NCBI GenBank assembly: GCA_026397755.1
Contig: JAPLUF010000290.1
Location: 1-46,947, forward strand
Length of the DNA: 46,947 nt
Source: Verrucomicrobiota bacterium
GTDB taxonomy: Bacteria > Verrucomicrobiota > Verrucomicrobiia > Limisphaerales > UBA9464
Reading direction: 5' to 3'
Shown: positions 36,701-45,700 of the stretch, one piece after another
Layout of the letters: each line of letters begins with the position of its first letter
Position numbering within the stretch: position 1 is the stretch's first letter
The notes under the pieces: generated by a model
Database searches by the model: none
Seen by the model: only the letters and a program-made list of their open reading frames with translations
Told to the model about the DNA's origin: nothing
Position numbers and translations under genes: made by a program

Positions 36701-39700
36701 GCGTCGGTTCGGCTCTAAAATTGAGAGGTGGCGCGGGCAATCTTTGGACACTCGGAATTCCCGACCATTTTCATTATTACGACAGCGATTCTTCGTCGAT
36801 CCAGTACTACGCCAGCACCGTCAAGGGCCGGTTGGCCCGTTGGAGTGGCACTGCGTGGGAATACCTCAGCGTGGACGAATCCACGGGCCTCTCCACCTTT
36901 TCTGCGTCAGACCTGAACACGCTCAACATTGCCTACTTTCATGTGCCCAACAACGATGTGGCCACCGCCTCTGCGACGACCATCGCGGCCAGTGTTACGG
37001 TGTATGCAGTGGATGGTGGCCGGGTGTCAGCGGGCGATGTCATCATTTCTAGCGGAACTGTCAGCGAGGCTGCCACCCGTACTGTCTTCGACGGCGCCAC
37101 GAGCATCGCACTGCCGCGGTTAGCTTTGAACCGCAGCCCGAGCCGGACCTTGACCCTCACCATCCAGGACGTGAACGACCGGCCAGTGGGTGCGGCCAAG
37201 ACCTTCACCGTCACCGAGTATTCCAGCGGTCTTGCTGGCCAGACCACCCACATCCAGGACCTGAGTACTACCCAGATCACCGTTTCCGATCCCGACTCCG
37301 ACTCCGCGGCGTTCACTTACACGGTCACGGTGCTACCCACCAACGGCAAGCTGCAGAAGTCCGATGGCCAGCCGACCCCGACCTGGAGCGATCTGGCCGC
37401 AAACGCCACCTTCACTCAGGCCGAACTGACCGGCAGCCGGCTGCGTTATGTGAACTCGGGCAACGTAGAGGTTTTCTCCGACACCGATTGGTCCACGGCC
37501 AAGGACTCGTTCCAGTACACGGTGGCCGATGGCGATGGGTCGACCAGTACCGCGACCACGGTCTCCGTCAAGTTGCGACCCACCAATGAGCCGCCCAAGT
37601 TGGCCAACAACGGTCCGGGCACCGTGCCTGAGGGGGGCGCCCTGAAAATCACCGGTGCTCTCTTGGGTTCTGCTAACACCGCAAACAGCGGCGACATCGT
37701 GGCGGCGGTCGATTCCGACAGCTCCCGCACCCAGGTCCAGTTCCGGATCACGAGTGTGCCGGCCGTAGGGTATCTCTACGAGGGGAAGCCCGCCAACTTG
37801 GTCATCGGGTCGCTCACTCTGAACATCAAAGGAACCGTCGTCAGGCAATTCGGAGTAGGCAGCGTCTTCACGCTTCAGGACATCCAAGACGGCAAGTTGT
37901 GGTACCGACACAGTGGCTCAGAGCCCTCCAGCCACGGGGGCAGCGTGACCTTTGGCTACGCCGTGTCCGACGCCAGTGGAATGGCCGAACCCACCGCGAC
38001 CTTCACGGTCAACGTCACCCCGGTCAACGACGCCCCGGTGGTCACGGGTCTGAGCGGCGGATTGAACTACACCGAGGCCGATACGGCGGCCGGCGCCCCG
38101 GTGCAAATCGATACCTCGGTCAGTGTAGCCGATAACGATCTGGCCAATAACGGGCTTGATTTCCGAGGGGGATCCCTCCGCATCACCTACGCCTCGGGAG
38201 GCAACGCGGCCGACCAATTGGGTGTCGCCAATTTGGGCACCGGAGCGGGCCAGATCGGGGTCTCGGGCAGCTCTGTCAGCTACGCCAACGTGGTGATTGG
38301 GACCGTGGACTCGGCGGAAAATGGCGTGAACGGGACCGCGTTGAAGATCGTATTTTCGCCTGGAGCAAATCCCTCCCTGACCACGGCCGCCGTCAAGGCC
38401 CTGATCGAAGGCATCACATTCTCCCATGCCAACTACAATGCAGCCGTCACCGGAACTCGCACGCTGACCTACACCCTGGTCGATGGCGGTGGCACGGCGG
38501 GGTTTGGGGACAGTGTCGTTACCGTCTTCATAGGGCAGAGTACTTGGACCGGCTCCGCCACCATCACGGTGGTGTCGGCCAACGACCGCCCGGTGCTCAG
38601 CGTTCACACCGGTGGAGGGCAACTCCCGTTGGGGAGCATTGGTGAAAACGACACCACGTCGCCGACCCCGTTCTTGGTCTCGGCTTTCCTTCAGGCGAGC
38701 GCCGACACCACCCACACGGGCATCCAAGATCTCGACGCCAGTCCGGTCATGGGCATTGCTGTCACGGGTTCCACGGTCGCTGCCGCGGGCAAGTGGCAGT
38801 ATTCGGCCACTGGTTCGTCGTGGACCGATCTGGGATCGGTGAGCACTGGCAGTGCGCTCTTGTTGACGCCCGCTTACTCCATTCGCTTCCTCCCGGATGG
38901 TCTCGAGGGCGGCACGGCGACGTTGACGTACCTGGCTTGGGACCAAACGTCGGGTTCTGCCGGTTTACGGGTTAGCACCGCGGTGAATGCCACTCAAACG
39001 AGTGCGTTCTCCACCGCATCGGACACCTTGGCCATCACCGTGACTCCAGTGAATGATGCGCCCACGTTGACGGGTCTCGCGGGCGATTCCGTGACCGCGA
39101 CCGAAGACGCTACGTTCAGCTTTTCCATCGGGAACCGATTGACCTTGGCCGACGTGGATGCAGGCAGTGGCATCCTCTCCCTGTCCATCGCCCTGACCGG
39201 ATCTGGTAACTACCAGTTCACCAGCACCTCGGGCATTTACACGGATCCAGCGGCTTCGACGCAGAACGGCACTTGGACCGGATTCTCCAGTGCCAGCGGA
39301 ACGGTCACGGTGTACGGCACCTTGGCCAACTTAAACACCTTGTTGGGAACACTCCAGTACGTCCCAGCAGCCAATGCCAACAACGACAACCTGGCCTCTC
39401 AATCGCTTTCCGGCACTCCGACGTTGGCGTTGACCATCAGCGATCGGGGGTATGGCGAGAATGGGATCGCAGCCTCTGCCCAAACGGCCAGCCGGACCAT
39501 CACACTGTCTATCACAGCGGTGAATGACACCCCCACGATCGCGCTTTCCAGCACTACCTGGACTGTCAGTGAAAACGCAGGTGCCACCGTCGTCTCCAGC
39601 ACAATCACCTCGGCCGATATTAATGACGCCGCGGATACCGGCTATGCGGTGAGTTCCATTCCCTATCTCGTGGTGACGGCTCTCCGGGGCACCTTGTCCC

Positions 39701-42700
39701 TGAATGCTTCTGCCCAGAACCTCACCGACCAACTCTCCAACGGCAATCGCACGCTCACCCTGACGAGCACTCGAATCGGTGCGGCCAACGCCTATGGGGA
39801 TCTCAATGCCGCGCTCCTCAATGCTTCCTATTTACTCTACCAGCCGGACGCGAATTTCAGCGGATCCGACACGCTGACCCTCACCTTGCATGACGCTTCC
39901 CAGGCGGGCAGCGGCGGCGACAAGACAGCGACGAGCACGATCGCCGTGACCGTGGGTGGTAACAACAATGCGCCAGTTTTTTCCGGCCTGGACGCCACCC
40001 CGACGTTCACCGAAGACGGGGCAGCGGTCACCCTCGACAGCAATGCCACCGTATCGGATGTGGAACTGTCGGCTTACAACAATTGGGGCGCAGCCGTGCT
40101 GACGATTGCCCGGCAGGGTGGAGCCAATGCTGAGGATGTGTTTGGTTGGACCGGCAGCGGGAGCTCGGGCGTGAATGCAAGTGGCCCATCTGTGCGCATC
40201 GCAACCACCTCGGTCGGCACCTTCACATCCACGGGAGGCACGTTGACCATCACGTTTGCCAATGCCACCACGACGGCCCAGGTGAACACCGTGTTGCAGG
40301 GAATCACCTATGCCAACAGCAACAACAATCCGCCTGCTTCAGTCGTTCTTGCCTTCACAATCAACGACGCAAACGCCCCCACGGACCTCACCAAGACAAA
40401 CCCTCAGGGCAGCGGCGTGGCTGCCACCGCATCCGGTTCCATCACCATCACCATCACCGCCAACAATGACGCCCCGACCCTCACCGGTATTAGCGCCACC
40501 GGTTATACGGAAAATGCGGCGGCGATCACCCTGGCTTCGGCGGCGGTGCCTAGTGACCCGGAGTTGTCTTACTTGGCATCCCAAGCAGGCGATTTGGGTG
40601 GGGTCACCCTGACCTTGTCCCGTTCAGTTACAGCCAATGCCCTCGATCAGTTCGGATGGACCGGATCTGGCGACAGTGGCGTGAATGCCAGCGGATCGAG
40701 TGTGCGCATCGATACCACTTCCGTCGGCGCCTTTACTTCCGCCAGCGGCACCCTGGCCATCACCTTTGCCAGCGGTGTCACCAGGGCTCAGGTCCAGCAG
40801 GTGCTTAGGGGTATTACCTACCAGTTCACGGGTGAGTCTCTGGGAGCCGCTGTCACAGCCGACATCACGCTCAACTGGGTGCTGAACGATGGAAACGTCA
40901 CGGCCCAAGGTCAGGGCGGGCCTAAGAGTGTGACGGTGGCTCAAACAGTCACCCTCACAGGACTAAACGATGCGCCGGTGTTGACGGACACAATTCTCAC
41001 GGCAGGAGCATCCAACTTTATCCCACCAGCACCATACACTGAGGATATGGGAGCTCCGGTGGGCTCTATTGGTTTCCGAATTTCTACATTGGCCTCTTCC
41101 AGCAACATCACCGATTCGGACACCAATTCTATATTGGGCTTTGCCATCATTGCGACGGATTCCACCCATGGTGTCTGGTATTACTCCCTCAACAATGGAG
41201 GCACTGGCTATTGGATTCCTTTCACAGCGACCGCCAGCACGGCCCGTTTGTTCACTACCCATACGAACAATCGCCTCTATTTCAAACCTGACGCGAATTG
41301 GAATGGAACGATTTCTTCGGCGCTCACCGTTCGCGCTTGGGACGCGATTACGGGCAGCAACGGTGGCACGGTGGATTTGAGTTCTGGGAGCAGTACGGGT
41401 GGAACCACCTCCTACTCGACGGCCACCGACACGGTCAGTCTGACGGTGAATCCGGTGAATGATGCACCCACCCGCACCGCTGCCACGGCGACCTTGGCGG
41501 CGATTAATGAAGATCAAGCGACCACCGCCACGGATGTGACCGTGGTGAACAACGGAGCCACGGTGTCCTCCCTGTTCTCCGGCGTCTTCTCGGATGCCAC
41601 CGATGCTGTCACCGGCGGGTCTTCAGCCAATGCCTTCGCCGGTGTGGTGGTTGTCGACAACTCCGACAGCACATCCACAACACAAGGTGTTTGGCAGTAC
41701 AAGACCGGGGCCAGCGGAACCTGGACGGCTATTGGCACACGAACCACTTCCGATGGTCGCTACCTTGATGACGCTGATTTCATCCGGTTTGTGCCAGTGG
41801 CTCATTTCAATGGCACTCCGTCCGGGTTGGTCGTTCGACTGGCCGACAATTCCACGGATGCCGTCGCTTCTGGGGCGGTTTCCATCAATGTCTCCGATGA
41901 TACTACCCTGTCGGGAGGTTCGACCCGCTACAGCAGTAGCGTGAACGCGGTGACATTGAACACCTCCGTCACGGCCATCAACGATGCGCCACTGGCCTCG
42001 GGATCGTCGACTTTGACGGCGGTGAACGAAGATACGGCCACAGGTTCCATTGCCGGTGCAACGGTCTCGACCTTGTTCTCAGCGCGATTCAGTGACACAG
42101 CCGACACGGTTACTGGTGGCTCCACCGCCAACACGTTGGCGGGGGTGGCGATTGTCGGAAACAGCGCGTTGCCCGCCGAAGGCGTCTGGCAATATCGATC
42201 ATCAGGTGGTTCTTGGAGTCCTTTACCGACAGTCACATCGATTGCGGGTCTCCTGCTGTCGACAACGGGTGAATTGCGCTTCGTGCCTGTGGCCGATTAC
42301 AACGGCACACCGGGTGGCCTGACGGTGCGGTTGGTCGAACCCCCCACCTCAGTAACAGATGGGACCGCAGCGCCGGATTTCACGGTGTCATCGAATTATG
42401 GCGGATCCACAGCGTACAGTTCAGCCACCGTTGTTCTGGGGACCACCATCACCGCGGTGAACGATGTGCCGACACTCACGGCCACGTTGACCAACCCGAC
42501 AGTGACCGAAAACAGCGCGACCGGATCCGGTACATCCATCGACCCCGTCAACTTGGTGACGGGTGCCGCGGTCTCGGATTTGGATCTGACGACCACCACC
42601 GGGCTGTCAGCGACCGTTTTTGGTGCGGGCACCCTCACAGCCACCCTGACTGATGGTGTGGCGGGAGACGTCCTTCAGATTAGCGGTTCGCTCCCCACCG

Positions 42701-45700
42701 GTGTGTCGGTGAGCGGTGGCACGGGCAGTACCGCTTTGAGCGTTTCTCTCGACGCCGATACGACCCTCACCGAGGTGCAAAACCTGCTGAATGCGCTTCA
42801 GTACAAGAGCACCAGCGACAACCCCTCGGCCAATAGCACCGAATCCGGTCGAACCTACACCGTGTTGGTGAGTGACGGTCGCAACGCCCAAGGATCGTCT
42901 CCGATCAATTATGCCGGAGCAACGGCCGCCTCGTCTGCGACGTTGTCCGGCACCATCACCATTACGCAGGCCAATGATGCGCCGGTGGTGGATTCGTGGA
43001 CTGAAGGCCAGAACGTGACCCACACGGCAGTCACCTTGGCTCCGTCCGCTACTCTGACCGATGCGGACAATGAACAACTCTCCAAAATGACTTTGGTGGT
43101 AGGTGGGATAGTGGATGGCAACCAAGAGCGTATTTTTATTGGAGGAACGGCTTTCCCGTTGAGCACCGACGCCACTTCCACCGATGTAGGAAGCTTCTTG
43201 GTTAGCTATGTCGCGGGAACCGGCACGGGAACATTCACGGTGGTACCCGATGCGACGGCCCCGGCGATCGCCACCAAGACGAGTTTCCAGTCTCTGCTCC
43301 AGGGCATCACTTACCTCCACAACTCAGACAATCCCACCGACGGAGATCGCACGGTAGCGATCAGTGTTACGGATGCCGGATTGAGTGATGCCGCCACCTT
43401 TACGAGCGAACTGATTTCCGGTTTGGCGACGGCGATCATCAATGTCGATCCGGTGAATGACCAACCGACGATTACCGGACTGACGGATGTTAGCGTTTCC
43501 GAAAACGCCATTAATGCGGCGGCGGCTGTCTTGGATTCGGACGTGACGGTAACGGAGTACGACAGTGCTGATTACAACGGAGGAACTCTGACGGTCAGTA
43601 CAGTCAGCGGTACCGCCACGGTTTCTTTGCCGACCAGCGCCAGCACTCTGTTGGGTAATGTGCAAAAAGCGGCCACGGGCAGCAACGTGGAGTATTACAA
43701 CGGGAGTTCTTGGATTCCTGTAGGTACCTGGAGCGGCGGAGCGGGAGCTAATTTCGTGGTGACATGGAACTCGAGCGCTACGGCGGCGATCGCGGAGCGG
43801 GTGATTGAAAACCTGACCTATGCCAACAGTTCTCAGGCCCCGTCTGCTACCAGAACCCTGACCCTTGCCCTGAACGACGGCGACGGGGGATCGACTCAGA
43901 ATGCCACGATTACCGTGACAATTATTAGGGACAACGACGCGCCGAGTTTGAGCGCCACGACCTTGGGCGGCACCTATGTTGAGCAAGCATCCGCTATGAC
44001 GTTCGTATCTGGGACCATTGCGGTCAGTGATCCGGATGCGAATGCCGACTTCTACGCCGGTGGGGCCGGATCCATCACGGTGTCACTCGATGGATACCAA
44101 AGTGGGGATACGCTTGCGGTTCTTCATCAGGGAACGGGTGCGGCCCAAATTGGAGTTTCTGGATCGGCGATCAGCTACGGCAACGTGGCCTTTGCGAGTT
44201 TCACGGGAGGCGCTGCCGCCAATCTGGTGATCACCTTCACGAGCACCACGGCGACACCGGCCGCGGTGCAAGCACTTATCGGCCAATTGCGCTTTTCCAA
44301 TTTAAGCAACGATGACCCGACGGCGAATGGTACAGATCCCAGTCGTGTCTTCACGGTGACCTTAAATGATGGTGGAAACACGAAAGACGGAGGCTCATCG
44401 ACCGCCTCGCTGACGGCCTCGGTGACGGGCACCATCACCATCACGGCGGTGAACGATGTTCCGGTGGTGGCGGCTGGAGGGACGCTGGCTTACACGGAGA
44501 ACGGTGCTGCAGCGGCAATTCGGCCCACGCTCACTATTGCCGATTCCGACGATACGCAAATTGCCGGAGCGACGGTGACGATCAGTGCGGGTTTCACCAC
44601 CGGAGATGTGTTGGGTTTCACGGACCAGAACGGGATTACCGGAAGCTACACTACGGGCTCTGGCGTATTGACCCTGACAGGCACGACGATCGTGGCGAAT
44701 TATCAAACCGCTCTTCAGAGCGTGACCTACCGATCGACGTCGGAAGATCCAACGTCGAGCAGTGCGAGTCGGACGGTGACCTGGAGTGTCACCGACGCGA
44801 ACTCGGACGGAGCAGGTCTGGCTAGCGGAACGGCGACCACCACGATCAACATCACAGCGGTGAACGACACGCCGACTCTGGCTACACCGACGCCGATTGC
44901 GCTGACGGACACCGTGGCGGATGACTCGTTCTCCAACAGCACTGGCACGCTGGTCGGTGCCGACCGGGACTCCGGGACGACGCTGAGCTATGGAATCAGT
45001 GGCGGGACCGACAGCACCCTGACGGTATCCAAGACGGGTACCTATGGGACGCTGACGGTGACCAAAGCATCGGGCGACTACACGTTTGTGCCCAATGCGG
45101 CTGCGATCAATGGGTTGAGTGCGAACACCAGCGAGACCTTCACGGTGAGCGTGAATGACAACGCCAGTCCATCTCTTCAGGCCACCGCTGGCCTGATGGT
45201 GAATATCACTGCTGTGAACGACACCCCAGTTCTGTCGGCCGTGACCCCAGGAACCGTTCTGGAGCAGAATCAGTCGGCCAACACGACGGATACGGCGCTT
45301 CAAGGCACTCTTTCAGGCACCGATGCCGATGATGCCACGCTGACCTACGGGATCCAGGGTGAGACGGCCGCGGGAGGATTGGTTAGCAAGGCAGGCAGCT
45401 ACGGCACGCTGACGGTGACCACCGCCACGCGCGGTTATGCCTTCACCAAAAACACCGCTTTGATCGAGGCTCTGGATGACGGCGAGACTCGCACCGACTC
45501 GTTCTCGGTCACCGTGACTGACGGAAAATCGACGCCTGTCATCCAGACCTACACGGTGACGGTGACCGGTGCGGATGACCCAGCGACCTTGGGCACGGTG
45601 ACCTCGGGTGCAATCATTGAGGTGGATCAATCTTCGACCACGACCGACTTCGGCCTGACCGGCACGCTGGTGGGCGCCGATGTGGATGGCGAGACGCTGA

